Positions 9,504 to 19,949 of a stretch of 64,000 bases of DNA are shown piece by piece. Source of the DNA: an uncultured Chloroflexia bacterium (GTDB lineage: Bacteria; Chloroflexota; Limnocylindria; Limnocylindrales; CSP1-4); NCBI GenBank assembly GCA_963712745.1, contig CAVQJC010000020.1:224001-288000 (forward strand), written 5' to 3'. The first letter of the stretch is position 1, and every line of letters begins with the position of its first letter. A program made the translations under genes and the position numbers. The notes beneath the pieces are model-generated. The model was not told the DNA's origin and made no database searches. It saw only the letters and a list, made by a program, of their open reading frames with translations.

Positions 9504-12500
9504 TCAGACGAGGCCGGCTAGACCATCGTTCGCGGCGTCGGCCAGCCGATCGACGATCGCCCGGGTCAGCCGCCAAACACGGTCCGCATCGGCTGGGAGG
9601 GCGCACGCGAACCTGGTTGGAGGCGTACCTGACGCGGCCCTGCAGCGCCCGCAGCGGGTCATCGACCGATCGCGGCGCGAGCGCGCGCATGGTGTCGGCG
9701 CGCGACCAGTCGGGACCGAAGCGGAACACCAGCTGCCCATCCTCACGGGAGACCTGTGACAGGCCGGCCTCTTCGGCGCGGTAGCGCAGCCGCGAGACCT
9801 CCAGCAGCCGCTCGACCGGCGGCGGCAGCGCGCCGTAGCGGTCGAGCAGCTCGGCGCGGATCTCTTCGAGTCCGTCGTCGCTGACCGACCCGGCCCAGAC
9901 GCCGGTACAGCTCCAGCTTCTGGGGCTCCTCGGGCACGTAGTCGTCGGGCAGGTAGGCGTCGACGGGCAGGTCGATCTTGGCCTGCGTCCGGGCCGTGCG
10001 CGGCTCGCGACCCTCGAGTGCCGCCTTCTCCTCCTCGACCGCGTCGGCCAGCATGCGCGTGTAGAGGTCGAAGCCGACCGCCGCCATGTGACCGTGCTGC
10101 TCGCCCCGAGGATGTTGCCGGCGCCACGGATCTCGAGGTCGGAGAGCGCGATCTGGAAGCCCGCGCCCAGCTCGGAGGCGTTGAAGATGGCCTGCCAGGC
10201 GCTTGCGTGCGATGTCGGACTGAGCGCGGCCTTGCGCCGGTAGAGCAGGTAGGCGTAGGCCCGCCGTGACGAGCGGCCCACCCGACCGCGCAGCTGGTAG
10301 AGCTGGGCCAGGCCGAGGGCGTCGGCCCGGTCGATGACGATGGTGTTGGCGTTGGGGATGTCGAGGCCCGACTCGATGATGGTGGTGGACACGAGCACGT
10401 CGTAGCTCGCCGGCCGCGAAGGCGAGCATGACCTGCTCCAGCGCACCCTCCGGCATCTGCCCGTGGCCGACCACGATGCGCGCAGCTGGGCAGCAGTCGC
10501 CGCAGCTGCTCGGCCTGGGCCTCGATGGTCTCGACGCGGTTGTGCACGTAGAAGACCTGGCCGCCGCGGTCGAGCTCGCGCAGGATGGCGTCTCGCACCA
10601 GCCCGGCCGAAGCCTCGGCCACCCGCGTCTGGATGGGCAGCCGGTCCTCCGGCGGCGTCTCGATGACGCTCATGTCGCGCACGCCCACGAGCGCCAGGTT
10701 GAGCGTGCGCGGGATGGGCGTGGCCGAGAGCGTGAGCACGTGCACCTCGGTCTTGAGCTGCTTGAGGCGCTCCTTGTGGGTCACGCCGAAGCGCTGCTCC
10801 TCGTCGACCACGACCAGGCCGAGGTCCTTGAAGTGGATGTCCTTGCTAGAGCAGCCGGTGGGTGCCGATGACGATGTCGACGGTGCCGGCCTCCAGCCCC
10901 GCCAGCGTGTCCTGCTGCTGCCGCTTGGACACGAAACGGCTGAGCGAGCGCACCGTCACGGGATACGCCGCGAAACGCTGCTGGAACGTGACCAGGTGCT
11001 GGGCCGCCAGCACGGTCGTGGGCACCAGCACCGCCACCTGCGTGCCGGCCCCGATGGCCTTGAAGGCCGCCCGCATCGCGACCTCGGTCTTGCCGTAGCC
11101 CACGTCGCCCACGACCAGCCGGTCCATGGGCGTGTCGCGCTCCAGGTCGGCCTTGACGTCGACTGCCGGCGCGTAGCTGGTCGGGTGTCTCCTCGTAGGG
11201 GAAGGCGGCCTCCATCTCCGCCTGCCAGGGCGTGTCCTCGCCGAACGTGCGGCCCCGCGCCTTGGCGCGCTCCGCGTACAGCCGCAGCAGGTCGCGGGCC
11301 AGGTCGCCGACCGCCTTCCTGACCCGAGTCCGGGCGCGCTGCCACTCGCCGCCGCCCAGCCTGGAGAGCTGCGGGATGGTCACCGCCCGCGTAGCGTGAG
11401 ACCCGCTCGATCTGCTCGACCGGGACCCAGATGCGTCCCCGTTCGGCGAAGTGCAGCTCGAGGTAAGTCGCGCTCTTCGGAGCCCTTGCCCGCGGCCGGT
11501 CGGCGCACCAGGCCCTCGTAGCGGGCGACGCCGTGGTCGACATGCACGACGACGTCGCCTGGCTTCGAGCCGCTCGAGCAGGTCACGGGGCACGACCCGA
11601 CGCATGGCCCGCGGGCGGCGCACCCGCACGCTGCCGAAGAGCTCTCGATCGGTGACGAACTCGAGCCGCTCAGGGCCGCCGCTGAAGCCGCCGTTGAGGC
11701 TACGTTCGATGAGCGCCAGCCCACCGGAGGGCACCGGCTCATGCAGGTCGGGCAAGGGCGGGGCAACCTGGCCATCCTCCTCCAGGATCTCGGCCAGGCG
11801 AGCCGACTGGTCCGAGGCCAGCACCACCCGCTCACCCTCGGCACGCCAGCGACGCACGGTGGCGGCCAGGTCGCCGATGCGGGCCGGCGGCAGGACCGGT
11901 TCGTGCCAGCCGAACGGGTTGCCACCCGGAGGGGCGCCATCGGCCTCCGGTTCCCAGGTCAGCTCGAGCGTGTGCGCCTCGTGGAGCGCGGTCTTCCACT
12001 CGCGCGGCGTGGGGTAGGCCGTGGCCCAGCGCGCCGGGATCTCGCCTGCGCGCTCCAGCTCCGCCCGTCGGTCGTCCGCCTGTGACTGCAGGAAGTCCCG
12101 CCACGGTCGCGACCTCAGCGGGCTCGTCGATGAGCCAGATCGACCGACCGAGGTGATCGATGGCGGTGTGCGGGGCGAGGTAGCCACCCCACAGCTCCGC
12201 AGCGTCACCGAGCGTGCCGCTGTCGAAGCGCGCGAGGTCTTCCTGCAGTGCATCGGGCAGGCGTTCCACCGTGCGCCTCATCCGCTCCACCAGGATGTCG
12301 CGTACATCCGGGCCGAGCAGGAACTCCGAGGCGGGAAGCAGGGCCGCCGACCCCAACGGCCCCGCGCCGCGCTGGTCGGCTGGGTCGAAGGCGCGCAGCG
12401 AATCGACCTCGTCACCGAACCACTCGATGCGTACGGGCAGCGGCTGGCCTGCCGGGAACACGTCGACGATGCCGCCGCGCCGGGCGAACTCACCGCGGCC

Positions 12501-13127
12501 TCCGACCTCGGGCACGTGCTCGTAGCCCAGCTTCACGAGCGCGCCGACCACGCGGTCCATGGCCAGACGCGCGCCCTTGGTCACGGTCATCGGGTCGGCG
12601 GGGATGTCGGCCGGCCCGAGCGTTCGCTGGAAGAGCGCCTGCAGGCTGGCCACGAGGATGCGAGCAGGCCCTGCCTGTTCGGACCAGACCGCCAGCGCTG
12701 CCACGCGTGCGGCCGACTCGTCGCGCACCAGCTCGGAGCGCTCGAAGGCCAGAGCCGTCCGCGGCTCCAGCGTGACCACATGCTCAGCGCTACCGAGCCA
12801 GGCGGCCAGCTCCTCCGCCACGCGGTCGGCGATCTCCGCATCGCGTGCGATCCACACCAGCCGTTCGCCGGACGCCTCCGCCAGCGCGGCCGCGAGATAG
12901 GTCTTGGCTCCGTGGGGCATGCCCGCGTAGGTGACGTGCCGCAGCTCCTGGCCGACGCGTCCGCCGGCCGCGTTCGCGTAGCGTTCGACAAGGGAGCGCA
13001 GTTCTCCGGTCTGCGCGAGCACGCTGGTCAGCGGGGAGAGATCGGGGATCCGGTGGCGCGCAGGCCTTGGCGTAGCGTCGTCGTCGCGCCCCCGGCGCAG
13101 GCGCGAGCGCCGGATGGCGTCGGTCAC
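9504..13127 (-). CDS. mfd: transcription-repair coupling factor Mfd (multiple frameshifts)
   Basis: Colinear pieces: [111 protein letters not shown]. Confidence 0.93.
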
Positions 13128-13907
13128 GCCTCGTCCCGGTGACGTCCGCCAAGGATGCCCGGCAGGAGCTTGCGCCAGCCGGTCTGGGTGCGCACCACGC
13201 CTGCGGCGTCCGGCTCGGGCCTCTCCGGCTCGAGCGCCTCCGGCTGGGGCCCCTCGGGCTCGGGTCTCTCTGCTGCAGCTGCGTCAGGCCGTGGCCATCG
13301 CTCGCCTGGCGCGGCAGGCGCGTCCTCTGCGGCCAGGTCCGGCTTCCAGCCGTTCCACTCGTTGGCCACCACCTCGGGTCCCGAGCTGGCCCAGAGTCCG
13401 ACGGCATCGGCTGCAGCATCGAGGATCATGTCCAGGTGTCTCTGCTCGGCGTGCTCGAAGTCGCCGAGCACGTGCTGCACGGCGCCACCCTTGCCCGCGC
13501 CGATGCCGACCCGGAGGCGGGCGAAAGACTCGGTGCCCAGCTCGCCGATGATCGACCGCAACCCGTTGTGGCCGCCGGCGCTGCCCCTGGCCTTCATGCG
13601 CAGCCGGCCGAAGGGCAGGTCCATGTCGTCCACCACGACGAGGACCGTCCTTGAGCGGAACACGCTCGCGCGCCAGCACCTTGCGCATGGCTTCTCCAGA
13701 CGCGTTCATATAGGTCATGGGCTTGACCAGGATGAGCTCATCGTCGCCGAGCCGGCCGCGCGCCGTGGCCGCAGCGTCCTTGGTCTTGGCTCGACCGGAC
13801 GCGCCATGCCGGTCGGCCAGCCGGTCAAGCACCATCCAGCCGATGTTGTGGCGTGTCTTCTCGTAGCGCGAACCCGGGTTCCCCAGGCCCACCACGACCT
13901 TCTTCAC
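13124..13907 (-). CDS. pth: peptidyl-tRNA hydrolase with C-terminal extension (frameshift near 13652)
   Basis: VGLGNPG..Y..TRHNIG, KPMTYMNASG, DDMDLPFG, GSAGGHNGLRSI, RLRVGIG. Confidence 0.92.
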
Positions 13908-13996
13908 GACGTTCCTGGTCTCCAGCGGGCATGCCGACCGGCCGCCTCCCGACCTCCGCGGGGCGCGGCCACAGGGGCGATGGTACTAGGCGGGGG

Positions 13997-14753
13997 TCAG
14001 CGAGCGCCGGCGGGAGCCCTGGAACCGTTGTCGCCGCCTGAACCCTGGGCCGAGCCGGCGTCAGTCCCGCCCGCCGTCGCAGCCTTCGTCACCCGTCGCT
14101 CAGCCATCGCGAGCACGACCCGGTAGGTGAACAGGAAGGCGACGACGGCGCTCATCACGACGTAGCCCAGGAAGACCCACGGGGCCTGCGTGTCCGAGCC
14201 GGCCATCAGGCCATGGGCGGTGGCGCCGAGGAAGACCAGGAACGAGAGGTAGTGCAGACGACGCCACCTTGGCTGGCCGATGCGCTTTCGCACGTAGAAG
14301 CTGAAGAGCACCACTATCGTGAGCCCGAGCGTGATCTGCCCGATCCCTACCCACAGCGGACGGTAGGGGCCACTGAAAGGCACGACGATCTCGAGCGGGC
14401 TGTAGGGCACGCTTCGATCGATCATCAGCACCGCCGCGTGGACCAGCGCCAGGGCCAGGCCGATAGACGAGAGATCCTGGTGCAGCGTGTACGAGACCAC
14501 GCGGTGGGTGATGCGGTCGAGGAGCTTGGTCGAGAGCAGCAAGCCGTAGACGACCGAGCCCGTAAGTGCCAGGTAGGAGAGCAGGGCGCTCGTGCGCGTG
14601 ACGTACCACGGGACCCTGTCGTACTCCTCGGCCAGCCAGCGCGAGACGGTCTCGGCAGCCGTGCCTCCGGTGCCGGCCACGACGATGGCGATGAGCAGCC
14701 AGGAACAGGGCCCAGCGGAGCCAGCGCGTGCGTGGATGCAGGCCCTCGTACAT
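13997..14753 (-). CDS. ferric reductase-like / MsrQ-like di-heme b transmembrane protein (frameshift near 14700)
   Basis: WYVTR start of domain; four candidate heme-ligand His in TLHQ..LVHA and RRLHY..TAHG. ATG at 14753 overlaps the apbE stop (TGATG). Confidence 0.85.
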
Positions 14754-15700
14754 CAGCGCAGCCAGCCTTCCGAGCCGGAGAGCGCGATGCACTCGCCGCT
14801 GCGAAGCAGCAGTACTGCTGCGGCCGCACCGGCCCCCGCGAGCAGGCGCAGTCCGTCCTCGGAACCGGCGATGACGGCGGCCTTGGCCAACGCCTCCGCG
14901 GTGAGCGCGTCAGAGGCGACGACGGTGGCCTGGACCAGGTCCGTCTCGGCCGGGGCAGAGGTGCGCGGATCGATGAGGTGGTGGGCCCAGCCGGTGGTGT
15001 GCTCCCAGCGGTGCACGGTCGTCCCCGAGGTGGCGATGCCGACCGTGCGCGCCATGCCCTGCGGTGCGGCCAGGACGGCCAGGTCCTCCCCGGCGCGACG
15101 CGGGTCTGCGATGGCCACGGCCCAGTCGGTGCCTTGCCCGCAGCGCAGCGCGACGTCGCCGTCGGCATCGACCATGGCTGCCGGGTAGCGCTCCAGTAGG
15201 GCCAGCGCACGGTCGGCGATCCAGCCCTTGCCCACGCCATCGGGATCGAACTCCACTTGACCTTCCCGCCGGACCCGGCCTCGCCGCCGAGCGCGATCGA
15301 GCCACCAGCGGCTGCCGGCCGTTTCGAACGTCCCCCCGTGCTCGGCGGCGAGACGGGACCCCAGCAGGGTCACGTCCACCAGGCCGTTCGTCAGCTCGCC
15401 CACGGCCTGTGCACGCATCAGCAGATCAAGGATGGTCGGCCCGACCATGGAGGTCGCCTCCCCCGCGTCTCGGTTCAGGGCGGACAGCTCCGAGCGCTGA
15501 TCGAAGCGGGTGATGCGCGAGGCCCAGCGCTCGATGCGCCGGGCCGCGAGTCGCAGGTCGCGGTCGGCGGCTTCCTCGGCACCGGCGGGTACGGTCACAC
15601 GCAGCAGGACCGATCCACCCATGGCCTCGAACCTGTAGGTCCGGTCCACGAGCGTCTGCCCGCGGAGGGTGGGCTGGGCCGGAACCGCGAGCGCGTTCAC
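14753..15700 (-). CDS. apbE: FAD:protein FMN transferase (ApbE family)
   Basis: FEAMG, SELSALN, GLVDVT, DPDGVGKGWIAD, GIATSG, HHLIDPRT, AEALAKA. Confidence 0.93.
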   Translation of the reverse strand: MNALAVPAQPTLRGQTLVDRTYRFEAMGGSVLLRVTVPAGAEEAADRDLRLAARRIERWASRITRFDQRSELSALNRDAGEATSMVGPTILDLLMRAQAVGELTNGLVDVTLLGSRLAAEHGGTFETAGSRWWLDRARRRGRVRREGQVEFDPDGVGKGWIADRALALLERYPAAMVDADGDVALRCGQGTDWAVAIADPRRAGEDLAVLAAPQGMARTVGIATSGTTVHRWEHTTGWAHHLIDPRTSAPAETDLVQATVVASDALTAEALAKAAVIAGSEDGLRLLAGAGAAAAVLLLRSGECIALSGSEGWLR

Positions 15701-16158
15701 CCGGACTGCCTCGTCCTGGTCACGACTTTCACCCTGGTCCTCTGCGCCGCCGCCGGTGCCGGTGCCGGTGCCGTGCGACGCACCACGATGCGCGGAGTGG
15801 GGGCAGCTTCGCGGATGACCTTGGCGCCCTTGGGCGCCTTCTGGCCGGGCTTCAGGCGCACGTACTTGACAGCACGCTTGGTCCTGGCCCTGGCCTTGCT
15901 GGCCTTGGCATCAGACGAGCGCACGCCCCTCGAGCCGGCGTCGGCCTCACCGGCTCCGTTGCCGGAGGTGGTCGCGACCACGTCGTCGGACGCTACCGGG
16001 AAACGGACCAGCCCGGAACCGATGACGGTCAGCGCCGCGATGGCGCCGGCACCGACCATCAGGCGGGCCGGACGCGTCGAAGGGCGGGGCCGGGCGGGGC
16101 GCGTCCTGGACGTCTCCGCGCGTGAGTCAGCAGGCCCTGGGCCCCCGGTGCCGGCCAT
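15697..16158 (-). CDS. small membrane-anchored basic protein, candidate ApbE substrate
   Basis: ATG at 16158 coupled to the upstream stop; one TM (LMVGAGAIAALTVIGSGLV), PA-rich linker, ends VVTRTRQSG; stop overlaps the apbE start. Confidence 0.7.
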   Translation of the reverse strand: MAGTGGPGPADSRAETSRTRPARPRPSTRPARLMVGAGAIAALTVIGSGLVRFPVASDDVVATTSGNGAGEADAGSRGVRSSDAKASKARARTKRAVKYVRLKPGQKAPKGAKVIREAAPTPRIVVRRTAPAPAPAAAQRTRVKVVTRTRQSG

Positions 16159-16580
16159 CAGTCGTCGTCGCGCTCGCCTTCGTGCTCGCGGCGCTCCTTG
16201 GCGCGCTCGGCCGCCTTCTTGCGCCGCTCGGCTGCCGCTTCGCGTTCGTGCTCGCGGTCCTCGTAACGATCGTCGTCGCTCCGGACCTGCCGGACCTGGA
16301 CGACCTTCTTGCGTGACTTCGCCGGCGCGGACTGCTTGGCCTGGGCCTGCTGCTTGAGGACGACGGTCTTGGGCTTGGGAGCCGGCTTGATGTAGACCAC
16401 CTCGGGCTCGAGGTTGGGCGGGGCTGCTTCCTTGGCCGCGCTCTCGGGGGCCTTGGCAGCCACGTTCGACGGTCGTGGCGACGGCCCGAACCCTGCGGCC
16501 ACCAGGCCGACGGTCAGGACGATGGTGGCGGCCAGGCTGGCCGCGATGATGGCGAGTCGCTGGGGCATCCGGATCTCCAC
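16158..16580 (-). CDS. small exported/anchored protein with acidic His-containing tail
   Basis: N-terminal hydrophobic segment LAIIAASLAATIVLTVGLVAAG; tail DDDRYEDREHERE...REHEGERDDD. Confidence 0.7.
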   Translation of the reverse strand: MEIRMPQRLAIIAASLAATIVLTVGLVAAGFGPSPRPSNVAAKAPESAAKEAAPPNLEPEVVYIKPAPKPKTVVLKQQAQAKQSAPAKSRKKVVQVRQVRSDDDRYEDREHEREAAAERRKKAAERAKERREHEGERDDD

Positions 16581-16640
16581 TTGCGATTGCGGATACCGCC
16601 AAGTCTCCCGGTCTGGGGTTGGCAGTCCATGTGCCGCGCA

Positions 16641-16659
16641 TGAGAGTTCTCAAAGAATG
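16641..16659. promoter_or_regulatory. candidate response-regulator binding site between divergent apbE cluster and TCS
   Basis: TGAGA-gt-TCTCA inverted repeat. On the minus strand it also reads as a degenerate 11-bp-spaced direct repeat TCTTTG-agaac-TCTCAT, the geometry of OmpR-family boxes. Confidence 0.45.
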
Positions 16660-16699
16660 CCGAGAAGACGTTGCGCCCCGTGCCGGCTGCCGCGACCAT

Positions 16700-17386
16700 A
16701 TGGAGGTGCGTGTACTGATCGTCGAAGACGAGGACAAGATCGCGGGGGCCATCGAGCGGGTCCTCACCGCCGAGCGCTACAGCACCGACATCGCGGCCGA
16801 CGGGGTCGCGGCGCTGGCACTGGCCGGTGACCGCGACTACGACGTCATCCTGATGGACCGGATGCTGCCCGATCTCGACGGACTGGAGGTCCTTGACCTG
16901 CTGCGATCTCGGGGCAACACCACGCCCGTGCTGATGCTTACCGCGCTCGGAAGCCTCGACCATCGCGTCGAGGGCCTGGACCACGGGGCCGACGACTACC
17001 TGCCCAAGCCCTTCGCCTTCAACGAGCTCCTGGCCCGCATCCGTGCCCTCGCCCGTCGCGCGCCGGAGAACACCGATGAGACGCTCACGGCCGGGGATCT
17101 GGTGCTCGACCCTTTGCGCATCCGCGTCTCGGTCGGCGAGCAGCACGAAGAGCTGTCGGCGCGGGAATTCGCGCTGCTGGCCTTCCTGGTACGTCACCAC
17201 GGCGAAGTCCTCACCCGCCAGCAGATCCTCGATGCGGTGTGGGGCGCCGAGCCCGATGTCTACAGCAACGTCGTCGACCTGTACGTCCACTATCTCCGTC
17301 GAAAGCTGGAAGCGTTGGGGCGGCGTGACGCACTGCGCACGGTGAGGGGCGTCGGCTACACGTTGCGTGTGGATGCCATCTCATGA
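16700..17386 (+). CDS. OmpR/PhoB-family response regulator
   Basis: VLIVEDE, ILMDRMLP, LMLTA, GADDYLPKPF, winged helix VDLYVHYLRRKL, TVRGVGY. Confidence 0.95.
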   Translation: MEVRVLIVEDEDKIAGAIERVLTAERYSTDIAADGVAALALAGDRDYDVILMDRMLPDLDGLEVLDLLRSRGNTTPVLMLTALGSLDHRVEGLDHGADDYLPKPFAFNELLARIRALARRAPENTDETLTAGDLVLDPLRIRVSVGEQHEELSAREFALLAFLVRHHGEVLTRQQILDAVWGAEPDVYSNVVDLYVHYLRRKLEALGRRDALRTVRGVGYTLRVDAIS

Positions 17387-18780
17387 GGTGGTTCCGCCCG
17401 CCACGTGATCCATCGGAGGCCCTGCTGTGGCACACACGGGTCCGACTCTCAGCGCTGACGCTGGCGACGGTGGCGACGCTGGTGGTGGTCATCGGTGCCA
17501 CCACGGCCGTGGTGGCGACGGCGCTCATGCGCGAATCCATCGACCGGTCTCTCGACGCCGCCATCACCGACCCGCTGACGCTGCACGAGCTCTTCGAGGA
17601 GGAGGCACGCTGGGAGTACAGCGGACCGCTGGGGGTCGCCGACACGTTCGTGTTGATCGTCGACGACGAAGGCAACGTCTACGGCAGCACCACCGCCGCG
17701 GTGCTGAGCGATCTTCCCGACCTGGACGCGCTGCAGAACGCGTCGGAGGGTGACGACCGCCGGTCGGGTCGATACGGTGGTCGCGAGGTGCGGCTGCTGA
17801 CGACCCACTACGGCGAAGCCCAGATCGAGTTCGAGCGGGAGTACGGGGTGGGCCTGCCCGTCGAGATCGAGCGCGAGGGCAGCGACTCGGAGGAGGGTGA
17901 GCCGACCACGACGCTATATCTGCAGGCGGGTCACGACCTCTCGCTGCAGAAGGAACTGGAGCGCCAGCTCCTCGTCGCGATCGGGCTCATCGCGCTCATC
18001 GGCCTCGGCGGCTCGGTAGCGGTGACGCTCTTCGTGACCAAGCGTGCCCTTGTGCCCATCAGCGAGGCCTTCGCCACCGAGCGCCGTTTCGTGGCCGTGG
18101 CCTCGCACGAGTTGCGCACGCCCGTGTCGATCATCCGCGCCTCGGCGGAGATCCTCGACCGCGAGGGGCTGGTGGCGAAAGCCGGGGAGCCGTTGATCGA
18201 CGACATCGTGGGAGAGACCGACCGGATGGGCCGCCTCGTGGGCGACCTCATGGCGCTGGCGTCGACCGAAGCGGGGGCCATCTCGATGGACAGGCAGCCC
18301 CTGGAGCTGGAACCCTACTTCGAGGACATCCGGCGCCGTTGCGCGTCGATGGCCGAGGCGCGTGGGATCGGGCTCGAGGCCGCCACCAGGGGCCCGCTCG
18401 CGTCCGCCCGCGTAGAGGTCGATCGCGACCGCATCGACCAGCTGCTGCTCATCCTTGTCGACAATGCCATCAGGCACTCGCCGGCCGGCGGCGTCGTCCG
18501 TCTCGGGCTGACCGTCGATACCCCCGGCCGAACCGCGGTCGTCACGGTCTCCGACGACGGACCCGGCATCAGGGACGATGACCTCGAGCGCATCTTCGAG
18601 CCTTTCGAGCGGGCCGGCGGCGCTCGAGCGGACCATGACGGCGCCGGTCTGGGCCTGGCCATCGCCCGACGACTCGCGATCGGTCACGGTGGGGAACTCA
18701 GCGTCAGCAGCCAGCCCGGCCACGGCGCGACTTTCAGGCTACAGCTGCCGCTCATGCGCAACGCCGAGGGGCGGACCTAG
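17383..18780 (+). CDS. sensor histidine kinase
   Basis: Two TMs flanking an acidic extracellular domain; H-box ASHELRTP, N-box LVDNAIRH, DDGPGI, GAGLGLAI. Confidence 0.95.
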   Translation: MRWFRPPRDPSEALLWHTRVRLSALTLATVATLVVVIGATTAVVATALMRESIDRSLDAAITDPLTLHELFEEEARWEYSGPLGVADTFVLIVDDEGNVYGSTTAAVLSDLPDLDALQNASEGDDRRSGRYGGREVRLLTTHYGEAQIEFEREYGVGLPVEIEREGSDSEEGEPTTTLYLQAGHDLSLQKELERQLLVAIGLIALIGLGGSVAVTLFVTKRALVPISEAFATERRFVAVASHELRTPVSIIRASAEILDREGLVAKAGEPLIDDIVGETDRMGRLVGDLMALASTEAGAISMDRQPLELEPYFEDIRRRCASMAEARGIGLEAATRGPLASARVEVDRDRIDQLLLILVDNAIRHSPAGGVVRLGLTVDTPGRTAVVTVSDDGPGIRDDDLERIFEPFERAGGARADHDGAGLGLAIARRLAIGHGGELSVSSQPGHGATFRLQLPLMRNAEGRT

Positions 18781-19949
18781 CGGAAGATGCGCAGGCGGCC
18801 GTCCTCGGTGCCGGCTGCGAGCACGAGCCGGCCGGCGGCGTCCGCGGTCGCGGCCACGTTGGTGCCGAGCGTTCCCTCGAGCGGCAGCAAGAGCACGGAC
18901 TCGAAACCGTCGGCGCTGCGCGCCAGGGCGGCGATGGTCGACATCTCCTGGCTGGGCACGATGACATCGAGTCGGCCGTCTCCATCGGCATCAGCCAGCA
19001 GCGCCATGTCGAGGTTGGCCGAGCCCAGCTGATGCGAGCTGTAGCCCGGTTCCGCAGCCACCAGCTCCAGGCGCCCGTCGACGAGTCGATATGCCTCCAC
19101 GGTCCCGCCGATGTGCGGTGTGCGCACGGCGATGATCTCGATCTCGCCGCCCGGACCGGTGCCGCCGACCCCCACCTGGTGCAGCCAGCGGTAGCCCTGT
19201 CCGATGGGCTCGGAACGGCCGATGGGTTCGCCGCTGGGGCCGAAGGCGGCGAGGCCGGCGCCGAGCCGAGCAGAGCTGATGGTGACCACGATCTCAGGCT
19301 CGCCGTCGCCATCGAGGTCGGCCGCGATGGGTGTCAGGCCTTCGATGACCTCGTGTTCGGCCATCTCGATGGAGGAGACGCCGCCGGCGGGGTCACGCAG
19401 CGTCACCGCGGTGGCCTCCAGACCGTCGCCCAGGACGCCGTGGTCGTAGCGGTCGGTGGGAGCGGTCAGCGCGACCTGCGTGCCATCGGGCCCCTCCACC
19501 ACGCGCGCCCCCGGGACGGGGTCGGCGAACGAGTCCGCCGCGGTCAGGGCACTGTCCACAAGGAGCCGGCCCTCGCTGGTGATCGACGCAAGCGGGGGGT
19601 CACCCCGACGCAGCGGGGGTGACTCGCTGGGGCGCACCATGGATCGTTCCCCCAGCCGGGCGACGACGTGCTCGATGGAACCGTCGTCAAGCACGACGAG
19701 CCAGGAGTCGCCTCGATCAGCGGGGTCGGGCAGCACCCACCGTGGCCTGCCCCCGAGCTCGACATCGACGACGGACTCGCCGAGTGGCCCACAACCCCCT
19801 GCGACGCGGTTGCCACTGGCACGATGGTCGGTGCGGGCCGGCGCGGCCATCGGATCGTCGGCAGATGGCAGACAGCCGTCCGCCGCTTGCGCGCCCAGCG
19901 GCAGGACCAGCAGGGGCACCGTCAGCGCAACAGCCCATCTCCTGCTCAT
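18777..19949 (-). CDS. secreted protein with FG-GAP/VCBS-like Ca-binding repeats
   Basis: Signal peptide MSRRWAVALTVPLLVLPLGAQA; DLDGDGEPE and DADGDGRLD motifs; ATGA overlap with ybeY. Confidence 0.75.
   Translation of the reverse strand: MSRRWAVALTVPLLVLPLGAQAADGCLPSADDPMAAPARTDHRASGNRVAGGCGPLGESVVDVELGGRPRWVLPDPADRGDSWLVVLDDGSIEHVVARLGERSMVRPSESPPLRRGDPPLASITSEGRLLVDSALTAADSFADPVPGARVVEGPDGTQVALTAPTDRYDHGVLGDGLEATAVTLRDPAGGVSSIEMAEHEVIEGLTPIAADLDGDGEPEIVVTISSARLGAGLAAFGPSGEPIGRSEPIGQGYRWLHQVGVGGTGPGGEIEIIAVRTPHIGGTVEAYRLVDGRLELVAAEPGYSSHQLGSANLDMALLADADGDGRLDVIVPSQEMSTIAALARSADGFESVLLLPLEGTLGTNVAATADAAGRLVLAAGTEDGRLRIFR

Noticed and set aside
9504-13907. mfd and pth as pseudogenes or programmed frameshifts
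   Set aside because: All motifs are intact and colinear, the genes are broken by frameshifts rather than decay, pth is normally essential, and neighbouring genes show the same scattered indels. Sequencing error is more likely.
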